A program made the translations under genes and the position numbers. A stretch of 64,000 nt of DNA from positions 32,001-96,000 of the forward strand of contig JANPLU010000030.1 in assembly GCA_031422435.1 (NCBI GenBank). The letters run 5' to 3'. Below, piece after piece: positions 51,804-60,207 of the stretch. Every line of letters begins with the position of its first letter. Within the stretch, counting starts at the first letter, position 1. Source of the DNA: Acaryochloridaceae cyanobacterium VAR_48_metabat_390 (GTDB taxonomy: Bacteria > Cyanobacteriota > Cyanobacteriia > Thermosynechococcales > Thermosynechococcaceae). The notes beneath the pieces are model-generated. The model ran no database searches. It was not told the origin of the DNA and saw only the letters and a list, made by a program, of their open reading frames with translations.

Positions 51804-51935
51804 CCTTTGCTTCGTTTTGACCCAGCCTTGCCATCTTTAAGATGGCCTTTTTGGGTGCTTTAACACGTAGTTTCCTGCGTAAGCAGTCAATTCCCACTAC
51901 AAACTGAGTTTTAATATTCAGTCAGGAGATTATTC

Positions 51936-54002
51936 ATGGTTGTCCGTGGCCTTGCGGCTCCCCCGACACCTTGGTCTAAGAGCTTATCTAAACCTAAAAT
52001 CCACTCCTCGGCCTACGTCTATTCCGATATCAACGTCATTGGCGACGTGCGTATTGGCGAAAACGTCATGATTGCCCCTGGAACCTCAATTCGTGCCGAC
52101 GAAGGGACTCCCTTCTCTATTGGCGCACGAACCAACATCCAGGATGGAGTGGTCATTCACGGGCTAGAGCAAGGTCGCGTCATCGGGGACGATGGAAAAG
52201 ACTATTCAGTTTGGGTTGGCGGTAGCACCTCCATTACTCACATGGCGCTCATTCATGGGCCAGCCTATGTGGGTGATAACTGTTTTATTGGGTTTCGCTC
52301 GACGGTTTTTAACGCACGGGTCAATAAGGGCTGCATTGTGATGATGCACGCTCTGATTCAGGATGTAGAAATTCCGCCAGGTAAGTACGTGCCCTCTGGG
52401 GCAGTTATTACTACACAGCAGCAGGCAGATCGTCTGCCCAACGTCCAGGCTGCTGATGTAGCGTTTGCCAGTCATGTGATTGGCATTAATCAGTCTTTGC
52501 GCTCGGGCTACCGCTGCGCCGACGATATTGAGTGCATCAGACCAATTCGGGAAGCGCCTGCTGAAAAAGGCACCGCTAAACCAGTCCCGATTCGGAATGA
52601 GGCTGCTGGAAATGGAACTCACGTTAATGGAGGATCTGCCGCCGTGGCAATAGGAAGTAATTATCTCAGTGCTGATGCCGTAGAACAGGTGCGACAACTC
52701 CTTATTCAGGGCTATCGCATTGGCACAGAACACGCCGACCAACGCCGATTTCGCGCCAGCGCCTGGACGAGCTGTAAGCCCATTTCAGCCAGCCGCGAGC
52801 CAGAGGTATTGGCAGCATTAGAAGCCTGCATGGCAGAACATGCAGGGGATTATGTTCGCATTGTGGGCATCGACACCAAGGCAAAACGTCGCGTTGCCGA
52901 ACTGGTGATTCAGAGACCGGATGGCAAGAGCGGCATCGCCCCATCTCCTCGTCGGGTTGCTAGCTCTGCCGCATCGGCTCCAAAGGCAGATCAAGGTCAT
53001 CAAAGCGCTGCACCCGCAGGCGCTGATGTTGTGGGACATGTCCGTCACCTCCTGTCTCAGGGCTACCACATTGGGACAGAATACGCGGATAAGCGTCGAT
53101 TCCGTGCTGGTGCGTGGACAAGCGGCAAGTCTGTAACGGCTCGCCGAGATAGTGACGCTGTTTCTGAAATCAACGCCATTATTGCTCAACACCCTGGCGA
53201 ATACGTGCGGCTTGTGGGCATTGACCCCAAGGCAAAGCGTCGCGTTTTGGAATTAGTGGTGCAGCGTGCTGACGGCAGCAATGGGGGCAGCGGCACATCG
53301 TCAGTCGCTAGCAGTAGCAGCCACAGCAGCTCAGGCTATTCCCCTTCTGCGAATTCTCATGGCGGCACAAGTGCTGCGGTGGGTTCTGATGTTGCAGGCC
53401 ATGTTCATAGCCTGTTGGCTCAGGGCTTTCAGATCGGGACAGAACATGCCGATAAGCGACGATTCCGCGCGAGTGCCTGGACAAGCGGCAAGTCTGTGAC
53501 GGCGCGTCGAGACAGTGACGCTATTGCTGAAATCAACGCCATTATTGCTCAACACCCTGGCGAATACGTGCGGCTTGTGGGCATTGATGCTAAGGCAAAG
53601 CGTCGCGTCTTGGAACTGGTGGTGCAGCGACCCGATGGCAAGAGCAACGGCACCAAGGCAGCTCCTGCCTCTTATTCAGCGCCAGCGGCTTCAGCGCATT
53701 CATCCTCTGCACCCGCAGCCCGATCTGGTTCTGGAGGGCCGCTGGCTTCAGAGGTGGTGAGTCAGGTGCGTCAACTGTTGGCTCAAGGGCACCAAATTGC
53801 CACCGAACATGCCGATAAGCGCCGCTTCCGCGCCAATGCTTGGCATAGCTGTGCGCCCATCTCGACAACCCGTGAGGCGGAAGTGTTCCGCGCCCTTGAA
53901 TCTTGCATTTCTGAACATGCGGGTGAGTATGTCCGCGTGATTGGGATTGACAAAAAGGCAAAGCGACGGGTTCTTGAGGCTATGATTCAGCGCCCTAGCT
54001 GA
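51936..54002 (+). CDS. ccmM: Carboxysome assembly protein CcmM (gamma-CA domain + 4 SSUL domains)
   Basis: [15 protein letters not shown], four GY.IGTE.AD.RRF repeats. Confidence 0.97.
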   Translation: MVVRGLAAPPTPWSKSLSKPKIHSSAYVYSDINVIGDVRIGENVMIAPGTSIRADEGTPFSIGARTNIQDGVVIHGLEQGRVIGDDGKDYSVWVGGSTSITHMALIHGPAYVGDNCFIGFRSTVFNARVNKGCIVMMHALIQDVEIPPGKYVPSGAVITTQQQADRLPNVQAADVAFASHVIGINQSLRSGYRCADDIECIRPIREAPAEKGTAKPVPIRNEAAGNGTHVNGGSAAVAIGSNYLSADAVEQVRQLLIQGYRIGTEHADQRRFRASAWTSCKPISASREPEVLAALEACMAEHAGDYVRIVGIDTKAKRRVAELVIQRPDGKSGIAPSPRRVASSAASAPKADQGHQSAAPAGADVVGHVRHLLSQGYHIGTEYADKRRFRAGAWTSGKSVTARRDSDAVSEINAIIAQHPGEYVRLVGIDPKAKRRVLELVVQRADGSNGGSGTSSVASSSSHSSSGYSPSANSHGGTSAAVGSDVAGHVHSLLAQGFQIGTEHADKRRFRASAWTSGKSVTARRDSDAIAEINAIIAQHPGEYVRLVGIDAKAKRRVLELVVQRPDGKSNGTKAAPASYSAPAASAHSSSAPAARSGSGGPLASEVVSQVRQLLAQGHQIATEHADKRRFRANAWHSCAPISTTREAEVFRALESCISEHAGEYVRVIGIDKKAKRRVLEAMIQRPS

Positions 54003-54231
54003 TCTGTTAATAGGATGGGGGGCGGGTAATTCTGCTCTAGAAAGCGGTGCTTATCTTGCTGCTTTACTCGCACTCCCTTTCTCCATAGATGCTGTGTAAT
54101 TTTCGCTTCAGTGATTTGTTTACGAATTGCACCATCCGTTAAAGTGCACCATAATTTTTAAGCTGTTTTCTGAACCGGATCGGGCGTAGTGCCTTGGTTT
54201 AGGACTAGTCTTTTTAGAGGTTTTGATATCT

Positions 54232-54999
54232 GTGTATTTGCCGCCGCTTCAGGCCATGCATGATTCTCAGGTTTACATCAGTGGTGATGTCACCATTCAT
54301 CCGAACGCGGCGATCGCCCCAGGTGTTCTCCTCCAGGCAGCTCCAGGCAGCAGCATTATCATTGCGGCAGGGGTTTGCATTGGCATGGGCGCTGTTTTGC
54401 ATGCTTGCGACGGAATTTTAGAGATTCAGGAAGGCGCAAGCTTAGGCGCAGGGGTGCTGATAGTTGGCGCTGGCATCATTGGCTCCAGTGCCTGTATTGG
54501 ATCACAATGTACGCTGCTCAATACTTCGGTAGAGGCAAAGGCATTGGTTCCGTCAGGTTCTGTATTGGGCGATAGCAGCCGTCAGACCCAGCCTGAAGTG
54601 GAGGAACTGCCCCAACCCATCGTTGTTGCTAAAGCGATACCAGAACCACAAGCCCCAGAACCACAAGCCTTAGATCCGTTACCCGACCCTTGGGGGGCTG
54701 CCCAGTCCGAACCAGAACCTGTCAATTTCTCTGCGCCGCCGGCAGCAAATGAGAGTAGTAGTTTTAATTCCTTTAAGTATCCAGAAAGCTCACACCTTGG
54801 CTCCAACCCTTTCAAGTACCCGGACAGTCCCAAAGTTAGCTTAAGCCAAACGACGCAAAGCAATGCTGGCACAGACGAAACAGAAAAGGCTGTAGAGAAA
54901 ACCCCTAACGTCGTGCATGGGCAAGCCTACGTTCATGATTTGCTGTCTACGCTTTTGCCAAATCGAAGCCGTTCAGTGTCGCCATCTCCCGATTCTTGA
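54232..54999 (+). CDS. ccmN: Carboxysome protein CcmN
   Basis: YLPPL, hexapeptide repeats, C-terminal VVHGQAYVHDLLSTLLP encapsulation peptide. Confidence 0.92.
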   Translation: MYLPPLQAMHDSQVYISGDVTIHPNAAIAPGVLLQAAPGSSIIIAAGVCIGMGAVLHACDGILEIQEGASLGAGVLIVGAGIIGSSACIGSQCTLLNTSVEAKALVPSGSVLGDSSRQTQPEVEELPQPIVVAKAIPEPQAPEPQALDPLPDPWGAAQSEPEPVNFSAPPAANESSSFNSFKYPESSHLGSNPFKYPDSPKVSLSQTTQSNAGTDETEKAVEKTPNVVHGQAYVHDLLSTLLPNRSRSVSPSPDS

Positions 55000-55048
55000 G
55001 GATTCAGTTTTAGAGATGTGCCGCTAAAGTATAGAGGAGACATAACGA

Positions 55049-55804
55049 TTGAGGTCGCCAATGCGAGCAGCCCGAACACCTCGCAATCCCCTTCGGGAAA
55101 CTGCGCTGGGCTTAGTTTCTACCCAAAGCTTCCCTGCTATTGTGGGTACCGCAGACATGATGCTCAAGTCTGCTGGCGTAACGCTGGTCGGCTATGAAAA
55201 GACGGGGAGCGGCTTTTGTACGGCGATCGTGCGGGGTGGCATTGCTGATGTGCGTCTGGCAGTACAGGTCGGCGAAGAAACGGCCAGAAAGTTTGGTCAG
55301 TATGTTTCTAGCCTCACCTTAGCAAGACCGTTGCCCAATCTAGAGGCGGTGTTGCCCATCAGCGCTCGGATGATGCAGTTGGCTCAAAATGGCGGCGTGA
55401 GTAAGCTCAGCAATCTGGCGATTGGCCTACTCGAAACGCGCGGATTCCCTGCAATGGTAGGGGCAGCGGACATGATGCTGAAATCTGCTGAGGTGCAGCT
55501 TTCGGCCTATGAAACCATTGGGGCAGGGCTATGTACCGTCATTATTCGCGGGTCGGTTGCCAATGTAGCGATGGCGATCGAAGCGGGGATGCATGAGGCT
55601 GAACGCATTGGTGAGCTGAATGCCGTGATGGTGATTCCTAGGCCGCTAGAAGATTTAGATCAGACGCTGCCGATTGCAAGCTGTTGGCTAGAGCAGCCTG
55701 AGCCACTCAGCATTCCACTTAAAATTAAGACGAAAGAACGAGAACTGGTTGAGTTGACTAATCTCAAAGATGTGCCGCTTTCGATTGAGAAAGAGCTTTC
55801 TTAA
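55049..55804 (+). CDS. ccmO: Tandem BMC shell protein CcmO
   Basis: Two BMC domains (ALGLVST.SFPAIVGTADMMLKS; GLLETRGFPAMVGAAD). Confidence 0.95.
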   Translation: MRSPMRAARTPRNPLRETALGLVSTQSFPAIVGTADMMLKSAGVTLVGYEKTGSGFCTAIVRGGIADVRLAVQVGEETARKFGQYVSSLTLARPLPNLEAVLPISARMMQLAQNGGVSKLSNLAIGLLETRGFPAMVGAADMMLKSAEVQLSAYETIGAGLCTVIIRGSVANVAMAIEAGMHEAERIGELNAVMVIPRPLEDLDQTLPIASCWLEQPEPLSIPLKIKTKERELVELTNLKDVPLSIEKELS

Positions 55805-55968
55805 ACCATCGTTTAAGCTTGGTTCACAATCTAAAAAGCAGTCTAGGCCGGATAAATCAATGTCTATCATGACTAAACTGCTTTTTGTAGGATACAGAGA
55901 ATCTATCGCTAACCGCAAAAATCTACGGTATAGAAGTCAATAGAATCAGAATGCCTTTAATTTGCCGT

Positions 55969-56334
55969 CTACTTCGTCGCCTTCTTTAATGCATTACCAA
56001 TTTGGTCCTTCACAGTGGTTGCATTTTGAGAATTGCTGGGACGGCTCATTTGGTTCTTATCTGCCGCACCCTGAACTTCATTGATGCCTCCTTTAGCGCG
56101 TTCTGCGGCCTCTTCTATAGAACCAGGCGCAACTTTTGATTCTGCAACGTCTTGAGCGCGTTGTTCAATTTTATCAAGCTGCACAGTGCCATCGGTAGGA
56201 CTACTCGAAGCCGCGCCAAAGGCAAATGCTGGCACGTTGGTAGAGAAAAACAGGAACGCGCTAGCAAATAAGGTCACAACGAAGTGAACAGGACGAAGTT
56301 TGAATTTTTCAACGATGGAAGATTTCATATTCAA
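55969..56334 (-). CDS. Secreted low-complexity stress-type protein
   Basis: Signal peptide, GGINEVQGAADKNQMSRP.NS motif. Confidence 0.7.
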   Translation of the reverse strand: MNMKSSIVEKFKLRPVHFVVTLFASAFLFFSTNVPAFAFGAASSSPTDGTVQLDKIEQRAQDVAESKVAPGSIEEAAERAKGGINEVQGAADKNQMSRPSNSQNATTVKDQIGNALKKATK

Positions 56335-56425
56335 TGTCTCCAGAAAATGGATTAGACTTGTCGTAAAAAACTAGAAAATTATTGCTTTAGATACTTTAGT
56401 AAGCGTCTAAAGCGACTGGTATAAA

Positions 56426-56989
56426 CTATTGACCAATCAGATTTTTGGCAGCATCTAAAGCATTAGACGCAAATTCTTCAGCCTTATTGCTCGCTTTTTC
56501 AAAGGCATTATCAGCTTTGTCTGCATCCTGCTTGGCACGGCTTACAACGGTTGCCTTGGTTTTCTCAGCGGCTTCTTGCGTTTTGGCAATGTCACGTTTG
56601 GCTTTAGTGCCTGCGGCGGCCTGGGCGTCCTTGGCAGCAGACTTGGTTTTAGCGATATCTTTTTGAGCCTTGCCTTTTGCCTTTTCTGCAATATCTTTAG
56701 CGTTCTTACTGGTCTTTTTGCCAGCTTCATCTAGCTTATCTTTAGCACTCGTCATGGCTTGGTCTGCACTGTCAACCTGATCTTTGACTTGATTTGCCAT
56801 GCTAGATGCAGCAATAATGGGTGAGCTATATAGAGATGCAGCTACAGCAGGTGTATTGAAGCCATAGGCGCTGCTGAGTGACATAAAGGATAAAACAAGT
56901 GCTCCTACAGTCAGCAAACGACGAAGCTGTCCTTTAATTAATGCCAACGGCTTGACCTTCATAGGATGTTTCCTTTTGGTAACGTACAT
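56426..56989 (-). CDS. LEA-like Ala/Lys-rich secreted protein
   Basis: Signal peptide, repeated KAKxDIAKT amphipathic units. Confidence 0.7.
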   Translation of the reverse strand: MYVTKRKHPMKVKPLALIKGQLRRLLTVGALVLSFMSLSSAYGFNTPAVAASLYSSPIIAASSMANQVKDQVDSADQAMTSAKDKLDEAGKKTSKNAKDIAEKAKGKAQKDIAKTKSAAKDAQAAAGTKAKRDIAKTQEAAEKTKATVVSRAKQDADKADNAFEKASNKAEEFASNALDAAKNLIGQ

Positions 56990-57120
56990 ATCTGTTTTTA
57001 CCGTCTAGGTTGAGTTCATAAATCAATCAATTGATAGAGATTTGAAAGTACATTTTTTCAATAGATTATTCAGGTGCATCCCTCTTTAGTATAAAAAATA
57101 GGCAAAATTTGGTTGTTGAT

Positions 57121-58023
57121 ATGGCGAGAAAAGCATTGCTGCTTATTAATCATCATGCGCGTAAAGGGAAGCAGCAAGTTACGACGGTGCGTCAGCAGCT
57201 TCAATCGCTAGGGCTAGAATTGCTGGAGCAAGAAATGCCGCCACCCGATCAGCTTTCTGACGTAATCCGACGTTATGGAGACGAAGTGGATCTGGTGATC
57301 ATCGGGGGTGGAGATGGGACTGTTAATGCGGCGATCGCAGGTCTGATTGATACCCAACTCCCTTTAGGGCTGTTGCCGTTGGGCACGGCTAACGATCTAG
57401 CGCGAACCCTAGAAATCCCGATTGATATCGCCCAGGCGTGTCAGGTCATTGCAGCGGGCAACCCTCAGCAAATTGATGTGGGCTGGGTCAACGGACAGCA
57501 TTTCTTTAATGTTGCCAGCCTTGGCCTGAGCGTTAAGATTACGCGCCAGCTTACCAAAGAGGTGAAAAAGCGCTGGGGTGTTTTAGCCTATGCGGTGTCT
57601 GCCTTTCAGGTGCTATGGAAAAGCCGTCTCTTTCATGCCGAAATTCGCCTTGCGGACGGTCAAGTCCATTGCATTAAAACCATTCAGATTGCAGTGGGCA
57701 ATGGTCGTTTCTACGGCGGCGGTATGGCGGTTGCGCCCGATGCTGCCATTAATGATGGGCGCCTAGATTTATATAGTTTAGGGTTGGAGCATTGGTGGCA
57801 AATGCTGGCACTGTTTCCACTGCTGCATCGTGGGCATCATGCGTCTACGCCCTGGAGCGATTCTTGGGAAGGGCAAGAATTTCATGTGCAGACACGACGA
57901 CCACGATCTATTAACACCGATGGCGAAATTACAACCTCTACACCGGCTCATTTTCGGGTATTGCCAAAAGCGCTAACGATTTTTGCGCCGTCCAAAATCT
58001 CTGCTAATGTTGCAGCGTCTTAG
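57121..58023 (+). CDS. YegS/DAGK family lipid kinase
   Basis: GGGDGT, PLGTANDLAR, NGRFYGGG, TDGE. Confidence 0.93.
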   Translation: MARKALLLINHHARKGKQQVTTVRQQLQSLGLELLEQEMPPPDQLSDVIRRYGDEVDLVIIGGGDGTVNAAIAGLIDTQLPLGLLPLGTANDLARTLEIPIDIAQACQVIAAGNPQQIDVGWVNGQHFFNVASLGLSVKITRQLTKEVKKRWGVLAYAVSAFQVLWKSRLFHAEIRLADGQVHCIKTIQIAVGNGRFYGGGMAVAPDAAINDGRLDLYSLGLEHWWQMLALFPLLHRGHHASTPWSDSWEGQEFHVQTRRPRSINTDGEITTSTPAHFRVLPKALTIFAPSKISANVAAS

Positions 58024-58182
58024 CGCTCCTAAATAACCCTTTGAGCAAGCGCTAATACTTTGCTTTGTGCCATCGGATAGAGAAACACTATGTTTATCTC
58101 TATCCTTTCGATTGATGTGGGCTAACCCCTTAATTTGGTGAACTGTTTGGTAGTTCAAATTTGTCTCCAGACTTAGAGGGTA

Positions 58183-58728
58183 GTGCAAGTGCATAGTATT
58201 AATATTGGCTTGACCGATCAGCAGAGAGAAGGTGTTATTACCCTGCTGAATCAAGATTTATCAGACTTATACCTGGTTCTAGTTAAAACCAAAAAGTACC
58301 ATTGGGATGTAGTTGGTCCTCAGTTTCGGACGCTGCATCAGCTTTGGGAAGAGCAGTACGAGACGCTGACGCTAACTATTGATGCTTGTGCCGAACGAGT
58401 GCGGATGTTAGGTGGATATCCCGTGGGCACAATGGAAGGATTTTTGAATCTGGCGTCTATTAAAGAGCATTCTGGCGATATTCCCAATGCAACGGAAATG
58501 GTGTCTCGCTTGGTCAAAGATCACGAAACCATCATTCGTAACCTCCGTAAACATGTCGCACAGTGTAGCGAAACCTTTGAAGATGACGGAACCGCAGATT
58601 TTCTGACTGGACTCATGGAGCAGCATGAGGCAATGGCGTGGATGTTGCGCTCTTTCATTGAAGGGGAGGCGGTTCAGTCTAACGGTCATGCGCCTAGCCT
58701 CACTGAAAAAGCTGCCGTTGGCGTATAG
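58183..58728 (+). CDS. dps: Dps family ferritin-like protein
   Basis: KTKKYHWDVVGPQFRTLH.LWEEQY, D.CAER, HE.MAWMLRS. Confidence 0.95.
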   Translation: MQVHSINIGLTDQQREGVITLLNQDLSDLYLVLVKTKKYHWDVVGPQFRTLHQLWEEQYETLTLTIDACAERVRMLGGYPVGTMEGFLNLASIKEHSGDIPNATEMVSRLVKDHETIIRNLRKHVAQCSETFEDDGTADFLTGLMEQHEAMAWMLRSFIEGEAVQSNGHAPSLTEKAAVGV

Positions 58729-58776
58729 AGCAGCGACTATCCTCAGCAGCACCATTATCTTTAAGGAGAATCTCTA

Positions 58777-59022
58777 ATGCTAAATCTACTGATAGTTGAA
58801 GGCGGCAAAACGCTAGAAGCCGCGTCACAGGCAAGTACTCAGTTTGGTTCTGTCCTACTGCCCATTGTAATGGTGGTTGGGTTTGCGGCTGCCGTAGGTC
58901 TTGGTTCACTGGCGTGGTACAACTCCAAGCGTCCCGCAGGTTGGGAAGATAAAGATCGTCCTGAATTTATCCCCAAAATCGAAAAATCTGAAACGCCTGG
59001 GCTTGGCGACCCTAACGCGTAG
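58777..59022 (+). CDS. psb35: Photosystem II assembly factor Psb35-like
   Basis: Single TM VGFAAAVGLGSLAWYNSKRPAGWE...P.FIPK. Confidence 0.75.
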   Translation: MLNLLIVEGGKTLEAASQASTQFGSVLLPIVMVVGFAAAVGLGSLAWYNSKRPAGWEDKDRPEFIPKIEKSETPGLGDPNA

Positions 59023-59215
59023 GCGCATGAAGTCTGGTCACATGCTTAAGGGGCTGAGGAGTACTCAGCCTTTTTTGCGATCGCTCAGTTCTTAAATGTC
59101 GCTGATGTAGACCAAGTAGAGGGTACTCTCTCGCCACCGACCTGAAGCAAGGTTAAGTATCAAGGGTAGTATGCTGTTACCAGCTGTATCGTCCCGCATA
59201 GGGCTTCTACCCGTA

Positions 59216-59812
59216 ATGAAGCTTGGAAACGTTGTCAAATCTAACTCTCACTGCGACTACATTGTTCAGCTTGACGATTCGATGGAGGTGTCTAGCCCGC
59301 CGCTGCCCGATGAATACGGCTTTGGCTCTTTTGTAAAGCTCGAAACTACAGCGCGCCACTGGGCGATTGGTCTCATTTATAACTCTCAGCTTTTTAATCC
59401 AGCCTATCTCAACACAGGGCCACGCCTTGTCAGCCAACCTGACCCATTTTTTACCCCAGACCTAATTTGTGAAACGCGGACGCTGCTGTGGACGGTTTTG
59501 ATTGGAACCCTTGAAAATCAAGGTGAACTGGCTTATGGCTGTCAGGGCATCCCTAGGGTGGTGGTGCCTGTTAATACGCCTGTCTTTTGCATGACGGATG
59601 TCGAGATTCATTCGTTTCACCGCAACCAAGATCAGCAGAGCCAGTTTTGCTATTACTCTCACCTCTTGGGGTGTGGCGGTGTGTTTGCGTCTCAGTTGAC
59701 TGAGCAGGTGTTAGCAAAGGTGAGTCCGCTGTTTGAAGGAGGCGATCGCCGTGCTCTAGACATCCTTCGCAAGGAGCTGTGCTGGAAACATACGATGGGC
59801 GCAATGCGCTAA
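59216..59812 (+). CDS. HAS-barrel domain protein
   Basis: MKLGNVVKSNSHCDYIVQ, YGFGSFV, GLIYNSQLFNP...GPRL. Confidence 0.7.
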   Translation: MKLGNVVKSNSHCDYIVQLDDSMEVSSPPLPDEYGFGSFVKLETTARHWAIGLIYNSQLFNPAYLNTGPRLVSQPDPFFTPDLICETRTLLWTVLIGTLENQGELAYGCQGIPRVVVPVNTPVFCMTDVEIHSFHRNQDQQSQFCYYSHLLGCGGVFASQLTEQVLAKVSPLFEGGDRRALDILRKELCWKHTMGAMR

Positions 59813-59844
59813 TATCCGGCGAACGCTTTGGTAAGCTGAATCGC

Positions 59845-59919
59845 AAAAAAAACCGACAAACTAACCAAGTCTGTCGGTCTATTGTGTGTTCCCCATTGAT
59901 GACTCAGTTTCTTGAGTCA
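59845..59919 (-). ncRNA. Candidate small regulatory RNA (about 75 nt)
   Basis: -10 CATACT, 5' hairpin ATGACTCA/TGAGTCAT, single-stranded GGGGAACACACAA, terminator hairpin + T8. Confidence 0.65.
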
Positions 59920-59951
59920 TTTGTAGTATGGCAACTGCACTCAAGGCTTGC

Positions 59952-59993
59952 TGTGACAGTGATCACGGTGTATGGGTGATTGCAATCACCCAT
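59952..59993. promoter_or_regulatory. Two CRP-type boxes
   Basis: TGTGA-CAGTGA-TCACG (59952-59967) and the perfect palindrome ATGGGTGATTGCAATCACCCAT (59972-59993; GTGA-N6-TCAC core). Confidence 0.65.
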
Positions 59994-60207
59994 TGTTTAA
60001 GATGGCGGCAATATTTTGCAAATCTTGGTGATTGTGGCAGAATTTAGACCATACAGTTGAAACTTTCTCTAACCCCTCCTTCCGCCAGGAGGAGACGATT
60101 ATCTCTCCCACCTTCCCAACGTTGAAACTGACGGCTAAACAAGTCTTGGCGTTGTTAGCGATTAGCACAATAAGTCAGCTGCAGCGGATGATTGAGAGCC
60201 ACATAAC

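Noticed and set aside
59845..59919. Assignment of the sRNA to Yfr1 or PsrR1
   Set aside because: The Yfr1 motif ACTCCTCACAC is absent and I saw no clear HLR1/RpaB repeat in the promoter; cannot be assigned without a covariance-model search
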